A DNA stretch of 24,000 bases from contig NZ_JACFXV010000063.1 in NCBI RefSeq assembly GCF_014050225.1, positions 3,635 through 27,634 on the forward strand, given 5' to 3'. Below, piece by piece: positions 7,557-16,231 of this stretch (the first letter of the stretch is position 1; the number at the start of each line of letters is the position of its first letter). This stretch comes from Stappia albiluteola. Its GTDB lineage: Bacteria; Pseudomonadota; Alphaproteobacteria; Rhizobiales; Stappiaceae. Made by a program: the position numbers and the translations under genes. Below the pieces are notes generated by a model that made no database searches, had not been told where the DNA came from, and worked only from the letters and a program-made list of their open reading frames with translations.

Positions 7557-8090
7557 ATGCGTATCGATGCTGTGCCCATCGGCAAGAACCCGCCCGAGGA
7601 CATCAACGTCATCATCGAAGTGCCCGTGGGCGGCGAACCGATCAAGTACGAGATGGATAAGGAAGCCGGCGCCATGTATGTCGACCGCTTCCTCTATACG
7701 CCGATGCGCTACCCCGGCAATTACGGCTTCGTGCCGCACACGCTGTGCGGCGACGGCGATCCGCTCGACGTGGTCGTGGTGAACCAGCGGCCGATCCTTC
7801 CCGGCGCCATCATGAACTGCCGCCCGATCGGCGTGATGTTCATGGAAGACGAGGCCGGCATGGACGAAAAGCTGATCGCCGTGCCCTCCAGCAAGATCAC
7901 CCGTCGCTACGAGAGCGTGGCCCACTACGAGGACCTGCCGGAGATCACGCTGAAGCAGATCCAGCACTTCTTCGAGCACTACAAGGACCTGGAAGCCGGC
8001 AAGTGGGTGAAGGTCGTCGGCTGGGGCGGGCCGGACGACGCCAAGCGTCTGGTGCTGGAGACGATCGAGCGGGCCAAGGCCGCGAAATAG
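7557..8090 (+). CDS. ppa: Inorganic pyrophosphatase (family I)
   Basis: 177 aa. Motifs [30 protein letters not shown] and [17 protein letters not shown] lies 11 nt upstream. Confidence 0.97.
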   Translation: MRIDAVPIGKNPPEDINVIIEVPVGGEPIKYEMDKEAGAMYVDRFLYTPMRYPGNYGFVPHTLCGDGDPLDVVVVNQRPILPGAIMNCRPIGVMFMEDEAGMDEKLIAVPSSKITRRYESVAHYEDLPEITLKQIQHFFEHYKDLEAGKWVKVVGWGGPDDAKRLVLETIERAKAAK

Positions 8091-8117
8091 GCGGCAACGC
8101 CCCCGTTCGAAACCCGG

Positions 8118-8147
8118 AAGGGCGGCGCGGTGCCGCCCTTTTTATTT
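8118..8147 (+). terminator. Rho-independent terminator of ppa
   Basis: AAGGGCGGC (8118-26), 5-nt loop, GCCGCCCTT (8132-40), then TTTATTT. Confidence 0.8.
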
Positions 8148-8212
8148 GCGATAACGCCGTCTGCCACATACCGGTACGTGACAAGCCTCGCGGCTACCGC
8201 TATGGAACGCTC

Positions 8213-8791
8213 ATGTTGCGCCGCCTCTATGACTGGACCATGTCGCTCGCTTCCGGCCCCCGCGCGCCGGTGGCGCTCGGCACCGTGTCCTTCGCCGAAA
8301 GCTCGTTCTTTCCGATCCCGCCCGACGTGCTGCTGATCCCCATGGTGATCGCGCGGCGGGACCGCGCCTTCGCCTATGCGGTGATCTGCACCGTCACCTC
8401 TGTCGTCGGCGGCCTGTTCGGCTATGCGATCGGCGCCTTCCTGTTCGTGCAGCTCGCCGAGCCGATCCTGAGCTTCTACGGCTATCTCGAGAAGTTCGAG
8501 AGCTTCCGCGCCGATTTCAACGCCTTCGGGCCGTGGATCGTCTTCATCGCCGGGCTGACGCCCTTTCCCTACAAGGTGATCACCATCGCCAGCGGCGCGA
8601 CCGGCCTCAGCCTGCCGGTCTTCATGGCGGCGAGCCTCGTGTCGCGCGGCCTGCGCTTCTTCGTCGTCTCGGGCCTGCTCTACCTGTTCGGCCCGCCGAT
8701 CCGCGATTTCATCGAAAAGCGGCTTGGCCTCGTCTTTACGGTCTTCGTCATCGCGCTGATCGGCGGCTTCGCGGCAATCCGGTATCTTTGA
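8213..8791 (+). CDS. YqaA/DedA-type membrane protein
   Basis: Motif FAESSFFPIPPDVLLIPM followed by several TM helices. ATG 8213 is used. The 348-aa track ORF from 7745 overlaps ppa in another frame with Arg/Gly-rich junk. Confidence 0.8.
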   Translation: MLRRLYDWTMSLASGPRAPVALGTVSFAESSFFPIPPDVLLIPMVIARRDRAFAYAVICTVTSVVGGLFGYAIGAFLFVQLAEPILSFYGYLEKFESFRADFNAFGPWIVFIAGLTPFPYKVITIASGATGLSLPVFMAASLVSRGLRFFVVSGLLYLFGPPIRDFIEKRLGLVFTVFVIALIGGFAAIRYL

Positions 8792-8798
8792 AGGTGAT

Positions 8799-9317
8799 AT
8801 GAGCATGCCAGCCGGCAAGACCCTGTCGAAACTTTCGCTTTCCCTGCTCCTGCTTCTCGGCCTTGCTACGATCTCGGCCGCCTGGGGCTTCCAGCTGATC
8901 GGCGGCTACGTGCCCTGCAAGCTCTGCCTGGAACAGCGCGTGCCCTATTATGTCGGCTTGCCGCTCGCAGCCCTGGCGCTTGTGCTGGCCCTGGCGGACA
9001 GGGTGCCCGCCCTCGTCGGGCTGCTGCTGGCCGCCGTGGCCGTCGCCTTCGCCTATGGCAGCGGCCTCGGCATCTACCAGGCGGGCGCGGAATGGGGCTT
9101 CTGGCCCGGCCCGAGCGACTGCGGCGGCGGCACGGCTGCGCCGACATCTGCGGAAAACCTGCTGTCGGCGCTCAGCACCACCCGGGTCGTTAGCTGCACG
9201 GAAGCAAGCTGGCGGCTCTTTGGCCTGTCCTTCGCCGGCTGGAACGCGGTGGCCTCGGCCGCGCTTGCCGCGCTGGCGCTCGTCGCGCTGGTGGCTCGGC
9301 GGCGCAAGCAGGCGTAG
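8799..9317 (+). CDS. Disulfide bond formation protein B family (DsbB-like)
   Basis: 172 aa with 4 TM helices. CxxC (PCKLCLEQR) after TM1 and a second Cys pair (DCGG...VVSC) in the later loop. Confidence 0.8.
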   Translation: MSMPAGKTLSKLSLSLLLLLGLATISAAWGFQLIGGYVPCKLCLEQRVPYYVGLPLAALALVLALADRVPALVGLLLAAVAVAFAYGSGLGIYQAGAEWGFWPGPSDCGGGTAAPTSAENLLSALSTTRVVSCTEASWRLFGLSFAGWNAVASAALAALALVALVARRRKQA

Positions 9318-9350
9318 GCTGTCAATCGGGGCGAGGCCGGGAGGCAAGCG

Positions 9351-9605
9351 ATGTCGAAACGCGAGGAACTCGACCGCGAGAAGACCGAAGAAGCCCGAAG
9401 GGCACTGCGGGCGGTGGAGCGCGACAGCGAAACGATCCTGCCGTCGTCCGTGGCAAGGGCGGCGGATACAGCGCGCGATCACTTCATGGCCGGCGACAAG
9501 GACCCGGACGACGCCATCGAGGTATGGGGCTCGCGCATCGGCCGCATCGCCGGGCTGTTCTTCGCTATCGGTCTGGTGATCTATCTCGCCGTCACCTATC
9601 TCTAG
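9351..9605 (+). CDS. Small C-terminally membrane-anchored protein, unknown function
   Basis: 84 aa. GGGAGG SD, a charged N-terminal part and one C-terminal TM helix (IAGLFFAIGLVIYLAVTYL). Coding-like GC3. Confidence 0.55.
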   Translation: MSKREELDREKTEEARRALRAVERDSETILPSSVARAADTARDHFMAGDKDPDDAIEVWGSRIGRIAGLFFAIGLVIYLAVTYL

Positions 9606-9633
9606 CCGGTGTAGCAGCAGCCGGAGACTGCCC

Positions 9634-10068
9634 TTGGGTTCGCAGAAATCCCTCTCCGCCACATCCTTCTGGCGCGACCGTTTCGCGCCCGGCCTCGACG
9701 ACTTCGAGGCAATGGCGATCGCCGCCTATGAGGCTTTGCCCGAGGCCTTCCGCGACCTGTGCGGCGACGTCGAAATCCGTATCGCCGACTTCGCCGACGA
9801 GGCGGCGCTCGACAGCGTCGGCGTGGAGGATCCACTCGACCTGATGGGCCTGTTCGAGGGTGTCGGCCTGGCGCAGGGCGGCGCTGCCAGCTGGACCGGG
9901 CAGATGCCGAATGCCGTCTGGCTCTATCGCCGCGCTATCCTCGACTACTGGGCGGAAAACGAGGAAACGCTCGGCACGATCATTTCCCACGTGCTGATCC
10001 ACGAACTCGGCCATCATTTCGGCCTGTCCGACGAGGACATGGAACGGGTGGAGAGCGAGGCGGGGTAG
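9634..10068 (+). CDS. Zinc metallopeptidase-like protein (HExxH; small zincin type)
   Basis: HVLIHELGHHFGLSDEDM near the C-terminus. The size and layout resemble small proteins annotated as metallopeptidase family protein. TTG start with GGAGA upstream. Confidence 0.75.
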   Translation: MGSQKSLSATSFWRDRFAPGLDDFEAMAIAAYEALPEAFRDLCGDVEIRIADFADEAALDSVGVEDPLDLMGLFEGVGLAQGGAASWTGQMPNAVWLYRRAILDYWAENEETLGTIISHVLIHELGHHFGLSDEDMERVESEAG

Positions 10069-10191
10069 GAATCGCCGTCGCCTGCAGCTTCTTCAGGCCG
10101 TTCCCGGCGGCAAGGTTGCCCGGTTCGCTTCGCGCTGCAGCGCGCGGCAAGCCTCGTCACATCCGATGCACGCGCGTCACATGCTTATATA

Positions 10192-10218
10192 TATTTCACT
10201 TATTTCACTTATTTCACT
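10192..10218. repeat. Perfect tandem repeat, 3 x TATTTCACT
   Basis: Read directly: TATTTCACT at 10192-10200, 10201-10209 and 10210-10218. It is preceded by (TA)n at 10186-10193 and lies 52 nt upstream of the HTH gene ATG. Confidence 0.95.
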
Positions 10219-10241
10219 TGAGAGCCTGCGCCGGCGATCCT

Positions 10242-10253
10242 ATCTTTAAAGAT
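10242..10253. promoter_or_regulatory. 12-bp perfect palindrome ATCTTTAAAGAT, candidate operator
   Basis: Perfect dyad immediately upstream of the SD GGGAGGGAGAG and ATG 10271. This is the typical position for TA autoregulation. Confidence 0.45.
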
Positions 10254-10270
10254 CGGGAGGGAGAGAAACG

Positions 10271-10735
10271 ATGGCTAAGACCTTGAAAAAATTGGACGAA
10301 GATGTCCTGGAGCACCGCCTGCCGACGCCCGAAGAGGTCGAAAGCGCAGCGCAGGCTGCCTCTGCCTTGGCCAATTCACTCGATTCTAACGGCGCGCTTG
10401 TCGTTCGAGGTACGCGGGGCAATGACCTGCATATCGCTCCTGCCATTGGTCGCTTGATGATCGACCTGCTATCCGAAGTGGCGAGCGGCAACATGGTTAC
10501 GCTCGTACCAACCGGCGCAGACCTGACAACGGCCGAGGCTGCCAGCATGCTGAACGTTTCGCGTCCCTTTTTGACGAAACTCCTGAAACGCGGCGATATC
10601 AAGCATTTCAGGGTCGGCTCGCACCGGCGTATCAGGTTTGATGACCTGATGGCCTACAAGGCCAGAAGGGATGCGAAGCAGGAGGACGCTCTGGCGGAAT
10701 TGGCTGTGCTGGGTCAGGAAATGGATGCCGGATAA
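10271..10735 (+). CDS. Excisionase-family (MerR-like) HTH DNA-binding protein, putative antitoxin
   Basis: 154 aa. The C-terminal segment LTTAEAASMLNVSRPFLTKLLKRGDIKHFRVGSHRRIRFDDL matches the excisionase/HTH_17 pattern. Strong SD. The 3' end overlaps the PIN gene by 11 nt. Confidence 0.8.
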   Translation: MAKTLKKLDEDVLEHRLPTPEEVESAAQAASALANSLDSNGALVVRGTRGNDLHIAPAIGRLMIDLLSEVASGNMVTLVPTGADLTTAEAASMLNVSRPFLTKLLKRGDIKHFRVGSHRRIRFDDLMAYKARRDAKQEDALAELAVLGQEMDAG

Positions 10736-11312
10736 TTTCGTCGCGGACGGCTTTTGCGTCATTCTGGATGCAAACGTGCTGTACCCGAACCGGATGCGCG
10801 ACATTCTTCTGACGATGGTCCACAAAGGCTTGTTCCGGGCCATGTGGACCGACGAAATCATGGATGAATGGTCGCGCAACGTCTTGGCAAATCACGCGGC
10901 GAGCGAGGCTCAAATCCGGCGTACCTTGGCAGTCATGAGAGACGCCTTCGAAGAATGCTGGGTCTACCATCACAGGCCATTGATCGCGGGTATGGAAGGA
11001 TTGCCGGATGAAGGCGACCGTCATGTGGTCGCTGCAGCTCTGGCGGCAGGAGCTCAACAGATCGTCACCAGCAACCTGAAGGACTTTCCCGCTGAAGTGC
11101 TGGAGTCGTATGAGCTGGAAGCAATCGATCCGGATACATTCCTGGTCGGTCAGTTTGAACTCAACCGTTCTCTGGCCGTCAATGCGGTTCGGTCTGTCCG
11201 CCAGCGCCTAGACAAGCCTAGTTTCACGAAAAGCGAATTTCTGACGGACCTGACTAGAAAGGGCATGCCGAAATTCGCGGCGGCCCTGAAGCCGTTTTTT
11301 GAAGATCTTTAG
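10725..11312 (+). CDS. PIN-domain protein, putative toxin ribonuclease
   Basis: 195 aa from ATG 10725. PIN hallmarks: VILDANVLY (first Asp), DEIMDEW, and DRHVVAAALAAGAQQIVTSNLKDF. A C-terminal extension of about 60 aa follows the PIN core. Confidence 0.85.
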   Translation: MPDNFVADGFCVILDANVLYPNRMRDILLTMVHKGLFRAMWTDEIMDEWSRNVLANHAASEAQIRRTLAVMRDAFEECWVYHHRPLIAGMEGLPDEGDRHVVAAALAAGAQQIVTSNLKDFPAEVLESYELEAIDPDTFLVGQFELNRSLAVNAVRSVRQRLDKPSFTKSEFLTDLTRKGMPKFAAALKPFFEDL

Positions 11313-11494
11313 CAGGTATCGCGCGCCAAGGCTTAGGTTTCTGGGGAGGATATCCGCCATGTATCCGCACAGACCATCTGCTCCGAGTGGTGTGGTGAGA
11401 GACAAGTGCCTTTGGCGATTTGGGTCAGGAAGGCGCTGCACTCAAGTGCCATCCTTCGGTGCAAATCCGACTCGGTAAGTCTTTACTGAAAAAG

Positions 11495-11570
11495 TGGTGC
11501 CGGTGAACGGACTCGAACCGCCGACCCCATCATTACGAATGACGTGCTCTACCAACTGAGCTACACCGGC
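11495..11570 (-). tRNA. tRNA-Thr (anticodon CGU), CCA encoded
   Basis: Reverse complement: GCCGGTG TA GCTC AGTTGGTA GAGC A CGTCA TTCGTAA TGATG GGGTC GGCGG TTCGAGT CCGTT CACCGGC A CCA. This gives a 76-nt cloverleaf with anticodon loop TT-CGT-AA. Confidence 0.92.
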
Positions 11571-11896
11571 GCACCAGACGCACGGGCCTTCAGGCATCGG
11601 CCCTGCTATGTCAGGCTCCGCGCTGCCGGCCCGTTGGTTTCAAGAGGCTTTCGCGGCACCGGTAAGCCGGGTGCGTGAGCAAAGCCCGCCAGTCGAGCGC
11701 CTGCGGCGAAGCGGAGTGATCGCTTGATAGCGGAGAGGCAGGCCGGATGCAAGAGGCTTGGCCGGTAATCCGCAACAACGCCGAAATTGCCCTTTCCGCT
11801 CAGGCGATCGGCCGCCGTCACGGGCGGCCGCGTCCCGTCATTGCGCTGCCTTCGCCCTGCCCTGGAAGGCGGAAGGGAAGGCTCTTCCCGCAGCCG

Positions 11897-13612
11897 TCAA
11901 TTGAAGAAGCGGAAGCCCGGCTTCTGGGCGGGCTCGTCCTCGTCCATGTCGGGGCCCGGATCGTCCGGCATGTGCTTCAGCGGAAAATCGATCGTTTCCG
12001 AAGATCTGGGCGTAGCCGGTTTTTCCTGCGGTCTGGCGGCCGCCGGAGCGGATTGCGCTGGGCGCGCGGCGGCGGATGATGCCGAGCCATTGCCGGGCGC
12101 TGTTTCCCTTGCAGGTGCCGCGGGTTCGGGCGCGGCGCCCGTTGCGGGTGCCTCCTCGCGCCTCTCCTTCGGCACTGCCGGTTCCGCGGGCTTTGCTTCC
12201 GCCTTTGCCGTATCCGGTGCCGCTTCGATGACTTTTACGGGCTCCGGCTCCGGGGCTTTTTCGGCGGCGGCAATGGCCGGCAGTTCGGCCATCAGCGCTT
12301 CGTCGATCTCCTCGACCGTTTCCTCGTGATTGAGCACTGCCGGCACCTTCCATTCGAAGGCGTCGATGCGGCCGGTGACCGGGGAAACCGGCATCCATTC
12401 GTCCGAGATGAAACCATCGGCGACCCAGGTTTCGTCCGCCGGGGCGCGGACGGCGCGGGCCAGCCACTCGCGCACGCGGCCACGGTCGCCATGTTCGGCT
12501 TCCTCGAGTTCGGCCATCAGCAGGCAGGCGCGGCGCGTCGGGTGGCTGCGGACCACGCCGGCAAGCTGCTCGCGCGCCATCGACCATTCGCGCGCCTCGA
12601 TCGCCACCGCGCCAAAGGCGAGGGCGCCGGCGGTGCTGTTGGGCCGCAGGGCGATCAGCGTCTTGATGCGGGCAAGCCGGTCATGGGCGGAATCGCCCGA
12701 CCGCGCATGGGCGTAGGCGTCGGCAAGGTCGGGGTGCGGTTCGAGCTTCCAGGTGGTCTCGACGACCTTGAGCGCCTTGCGGATATCGCCGCGCCGCGAC
12801 GACAGCCGGGCCGCGACGACGGCGGCGGGAACGAGATCCGGCGCCAGCCCGTGGGCATCGAGCGCAAGGCCGCGGGCTTGATCCGGCTCGTGATCCTCAA
12901 GCTGCAGGGCACGGGCGGTCATCAGCACCGCCTTGTGGCGGCGGAAGGTCTTCTTGTCGATCAGCTTGGCGCCGTAATTGCGCTCGAGCGAGGCAAGCGC
13001 TGCCTGCCAGTCTTCCGCCATCGCCTGATAGCCGAGCACCGCGCGCCCCGCCCAGGGCAGACCCGGCACCAGCGACGCCGCCTCTTCGGCATAGTGGCGC
13101 GCGGCGACCGGCTCACCCAGACGCTCCGCCTCGACGAACAGGCCGTGCAGGCCGACGGGCTTCAGCTTCGGGTCGTCGAGCATCGCCTCGAAGCGCTTGC
13201 GCGCCTCGTCGCGGTCGCCGGCAAGCTGGGCCGTCTGGGCCAGAAGCAGGGAAGCGGCGGGCTCGCTCTTCAGCAGTCTGGAGGCTTCCGTGGCATAGCG
13301 ACGGGCGGAGGGCGCGTCGCCAAGGCCGAGCGACACCAGGCCGCGCGACAGGGCCTCGTAGCCACGCTCGCGGCGGCGGCGGCGGAAGAAGCGGGAGGCG
13401 ATGTCCGGCGAGCGCAGGATAGTGCGCAGCAGGCCCCAGCCGATCATCACGGCGACGAACAGCGCCGCGATGGCGATAAGCGCGGTCATCAGCGCCGTCT
13501 CGATCCGGTAGCCCTGCCAGTCGAGCGTAATCACCCCCGGCCGGTCCGCTACCCAGGATGCGCCGAGCGCGACGGCGAAGACGACGGCGATAAAGACCAG
13601 GACGCGGATCAT
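11897..13612 (-). CDS. HemY-like N-terminal-domain/TPR membrane protein (not a demonstrated heme enzyme)
   Basis: ATG 13612 (MIRVLVFIAVVFAVALG...). Two N-terminal TM helices, then the RFFRRRRRERGYEALSRGL motif and TPR-like repeats typical of proteobacterial HemY-like proteins. A Pro/Ala/Glu-rich C-terminal tail of about 140 aa follows. Confidence 0.85.
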   Translation of the reverse strand: MIRVLVFIAVVFAVALGASWVADRPGVITLDWQGYRIETALMTALIAIAALFVAVMIGWGLLRTILRSPDIASRFFRRRRRERGYEALSRGLVSLGLGDAPSARRYATEASRLLKSEPAASLLLAQTAQLAGDRDEARKRFEAMLDDPKLKPVGLHGLFVEAERLGEPVAARHYAEEAASLVPGLPWAGRAVLGYQAMAEDWQAALASLERNYGAKLIDKKTFRRHKAVLMTARALQLEDHEPDQARGLALDAHGLAPDLVPAAVVAARLSSRRGDIRKALKVVETTWKLEPHPDLADAYAHARSGDSAHDRLARIKTLIALRPNSTAGALAFGAVAIEAREWSMAREQLAGVVRSHPTRRACLLMAELEEAEHGDRGRVREWLARAVRAPADETWVADGFISDEWMPVSPVTGRIDAFEWKVPAVLNHEETVEEIDEALMAELPAIAAAEKAPEPEPVKVIEAAPDTAKAEAKPAEPAVPKERREEAPATGAAPEPAAPARETAPGNGSASSAAARPAQSAPAAARPQEKPATPRSSETIDFPLKHMPDDPGPDMDEDEPAQKPGFRFFN

Positions 13613-13736
13613 GGCGTCGTTCTCCCGATACTCACTCCGTCCCCGAAGAGGGGATTGCACAAAATCTCACCCGGGATTTGATGCTTGCACGAAACTGCAA
13701 GCAGCCCAAAACCCTATTTTTTCCTGCCCGGCCGGT

Positions 13737-15410
13737 TCAGCCGCCCGAACTGCCGAGGCCCTGCAACACGGTGGCGGCGACTTCGCCCGCCAGTTTTTCG
13801 GCCTCCACCCGCGCCCTTGCATTGCCTGCCCAGTCCGCGCCGGCGGCCCTGGCGGCTTCCGGCAGCGTGTCATAGGCGGCAAGCGCCGCGTCGAGGTCGC
13901 CGGCCCTGACGCTCGCCTCCATCCGGGCGAGCGCGGCCTCGGGCGATGCCCCGTCGCCGGCATCGAGCCGCCGGACGTTGACGAGGGAGCGGGCATTGGA
14001 CAGGAACGTACCGACCAGATCGTCGCCTGCCGGCTGGTCGAGCGCCGCCGACATGGCGCGCGCTGAGGCCGGGAACCCGGCGATCAGCCGCGAGGCGGAA
14101 AGCACTCCGCTCTCCGCGTGGGCGGACAGGGCGGACAGGTCCTTTTCCTGCGGCAGCGTTGCGGAAAGGGCCGCAAGTTCCGTAGCATAGGGGCGGCCGG
14201 CATCGAGCGCGGTCTGCAGGGCAGCCACCGCCAGTGCACGGGCGGCGACTTCGCGCGCGGTCGCGTCGCCCACCCGGCTTTCCAGCGGCTCCAGCCGGTT
14301 CCGGACGGCGGCAATATCCGCCTTCAGTCCGGCGAGGATTTCCGTGTTGGCGGCGACCTTGCCGGAAAGCTCTTCCAGGCGCCCGGCCAGCGCGGCGGCC
14401 GTTTCCTGCGCCGCCTTGGTGCCGGCTTCGGTGGCCGCAAGCCTGTCGCCGAGGCCGCTCGCCTCGGATTGCAGCGTGGCGATGGCGCTGGCCTGACCCT
14501 GCAACGCCTCGAATTTCGTCGAGAGTTCGGACAGGGAGGACTTGAGGGTTTCCTGGTCCTGCTGGAGGCTGGCAAGACCCGCCGTTTCCCCGGCATTGCC
14601 GGAGGAAACGAAACGGCGAAGCTCGCTCAGGCCCTGGCCCAGCTTGTCGATCTCCTGGCTGAGCGCCTGACTTGCCTCGTTTGTTCCCGACGAGACCCGG
14701 TTCTCCAGGTCGGCGAGGCGCTTTTCGAGCACGCCGCTTGCGCCCGGATTGGCGCGGGAAAATTCGGCAAGCCGGCTTTCCAGTTCGGCGACACGGGTCT
14801 GGGAAGCGTCGATCAGGCTGCGCAGTTCGGAGTCCACGGCTCCGGAACCCGACGAGAGATAACCCGCCTGATTGAGCCCGTAGCCGGCGGCGGCCACCAC
14901 CGCGGCACCGACGATGCCGGCGGCGAGCAGGCCGCCGAAGCCGTGGCCGCGACGCTCGGTCGTCTCTTCGGCAGGCGGCGACGCCTCGGCGGTCGCCTTC
15001 GCGGTCGAGTCGGCGGGTTTTGCCGATTTTTCAGGCGCGGGCCTTTCGTCTTTCGGCGGAGATGACGGCTGGTCGGCCTGCTTGTCGCTTTCCGGTCCCG
15101 CCTTCTCAGGCTTCTTGTCTTCCGCCTTGGCGGCTTCCGGCTTCGAGGCTTCGGCGGGCTTTTCCTTCGCAGGATTGGCAGGTGCGGTGCTTGCGGCGGA
15201 GGAAGGCTTGGCAGAGGACGCTTCGGACTTCGCGCCCGCAGAAGCGGCAGCGGCCGCCTTGCCGACTTCCCTGGCTTCCAGGTCGATGGTCACGGACTTG
15301 CGCGCGCCGGCCGCCTGGCTGCCGGGCTTCTCCCCGGGCTTGCCTGCGGGGCCGCTCTTGCTGGCGCTGCCCGGCTTTTTCTCGTCGGCTGCCATCGCAT
15401 CGTCCTCCAT
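13737..15410 (-). CDS. Mic60/mitofilin-like inner-membrane protein (alphaproteobacterial type)
   Basis: A low-complexity tail of about 155 aa, one TM helix (FGGLLAAGIVGAAVVAAAGYGL) and a long coiled-coil region. The C-terminal block ...ALARMEASVRAGDLDAALAAYDTLPEAARAAGADWAGNARARVEAE resembles the mitofilin C-terminal domain. Synteny with hemC/hemD. An alternative start ATG 15395 has a better SD (GGAGGA). Confidence 0.7.
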   Translation of the reverse strand: MEDDAMAADEKKPGSASKSGPAGKPGEKPGSQAAGARKSVTIDLEAREVGKAAAAASAGAKSEASSAKPSSAASTAPANPAKEKPAEASKPEAAKAEDKKPEKAGPESDKQADQPSSPPKDERPAPEKSAKPADSTAKATAEASPPAEETTERRGHGFGGLLAAGIVGAAVVAAAGYGLNQAGYLSSGSGAVDSELRSLIDASQTRVAELESRLAEFSRANPGASGVLEKRLADLENRVSSGTNEASQALSQEIDKLGQGLSELRRFVSSGNAGETAGLASLQQDQETLKSSLSELSTKFEALQGQASAIATLQSEASGLGDRLAATEAGTKAAQETAAALAGRLEELSGKVAANTEILAGLKADIAAVRNRLEPLESRVGDATAREVAARALAVAALQTALDAGRPYATELAALSATLPQEKDLSALSAHAESGVLSASRLIAGFPASARAMSAALDQPAGDDLVGTFLSNARSLVNVRRLDAGDGASPEAALARMEASVRAGDLDAALAAYDTLPEAARAAGADWAGNARARVEAEKLAGEVAATVLQGLGSSGG

Positions 15411-15524
15411 CGATCATCCGCTTGCCGCGGACACTCAGACTATAACTGCCAAAGGCGACCCAATGCACTGCTTCCAAAGCAGAAAAATGACAGGGGCCGG
15501 GGCGGTGATTCCCCGCTACCCATA

Positions 15525-16223
15525 TCACGCCCCTTCAAGGAGGGCGAAGAGGTGGTGCTCATCCGGCGATGCGGCAATGTGAACCGCCCCGAAGGGTCGC
15601 AGGAGCTCGCCCACATTTTCGGAAAGGCAGGCAAAGCGAAGCCGGGGCATGGGTTGCAGCCGGGCGAACGCCTTGGTCAGGGCCTGCGCGGTGCGGCGGG
15701 AGTACACAAGCACCCAGTCGATGTGCCCGGCCTGCAACTCGGCGGCAACGCTGGTGGGGAAAACCTCGATGGGCTTAGCGCCATAGACCTCGACCATGCG
15801 GCAGGGCACGCCGGTCTCAGCCAGCATGGCGGCCAGATCGGCGGAGCGCTCCTGCCCCGCGAGGTAGAGAACCGCGCCCTGCAGAGCTTCTCCGGCAATG
15901 AGGCGGGCGAGATCCTCCGCCGTGCCTTGCGCTGCAATCGCCCTTACCGCCCCGGCGGAGCGGGCGGCGTCCGCCGTCCTCGTCCCGACGCAATAGACCG
16001 GAAGCCGCCAAAGCTTCGTCCATTCGGCGCGATCGCGAACCGCTTCGATTGCCCGCGCACTGGTCAGAGCGACGGCGGTCATCCCGGCAAGGTCGATCGC
16101 ATCGGCCTCAAGGGGGATGATTTCGAGCATCGGTGCCACCACCACTTCCGCCCCGAACCGTTGCCGTAGACGGGTCGCGGTGCGGCTGGCCTGAGGTTCT
16201 GGACGGGTGACGAGAAGGCGCAC
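15525..16223 (-). CDS. hemD: Uroporphyrinogen-III synthase
   Basis: 232 aa. GTG start giving (M)RLLVTRPEP, a HemD-like N-terminus. It lies 8 nt downstream of hemC, with two-lobed HemD-like sequence features. Confidence 0.85.
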   Translation of the reverse strand: MRLLVTRPEPQASRTATRLRQRFGAEVVVAPMLEIIPLEADAIDLAGMTAVALTSARAIEAVRDRAEWTKLWRLPVYCVGTRTADAARSAGAVRAIAAQGTAEDLARLIAGEALQGAVLYLAGQERSADLAAMLAETGVPCRMVEVYGAKPIEVFPTSVAAELQAGHIDWVLVYSRRTAQALTKAFARLQPMPRLRFACLSENVGELLRPFGAVHIAASPDEHHLFALLEGA

Positions 16224-16231
16224 GGATGACC

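Noticed and set aside
7745-8212. N-terminal extension of the 348-aa track ORF (7745-8791), overlapping ppa.
   Set aside because: The extension is Arg/Gly-rich junk in an alternative frame of ppa and crosses the ppa terminator. The membrane protein begins credibly at ATG 8213.
10192-10218. The tandem repeat considered as a possible CRISPR array or minisatellite.
   Set aside because: The units are only 9 bp, contiguous with no spacers, and there are three copies. This is consistent with a protein-binding array, not CRISPR.
10069-10270. Search for a direct repeat of the tRNA-Thr 3' end (att-like) at the left border of the low-GC module.
   Set aside because: Only a weak resemblance was found (GGTTGCCCGGT at about 10113-10123 versus GGTGCCGGT), which is not convincing by eye. 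Island borders therefore remain undefined and no integrase is present.
11606-11821. 71-aa minus-strand ORF between tRNA-Thr and the HemY-like gene.
   Set aside because: No SD and no motifs. The region more likely holds the HemY-like gene's 3' UTR and the tRNA promoter.
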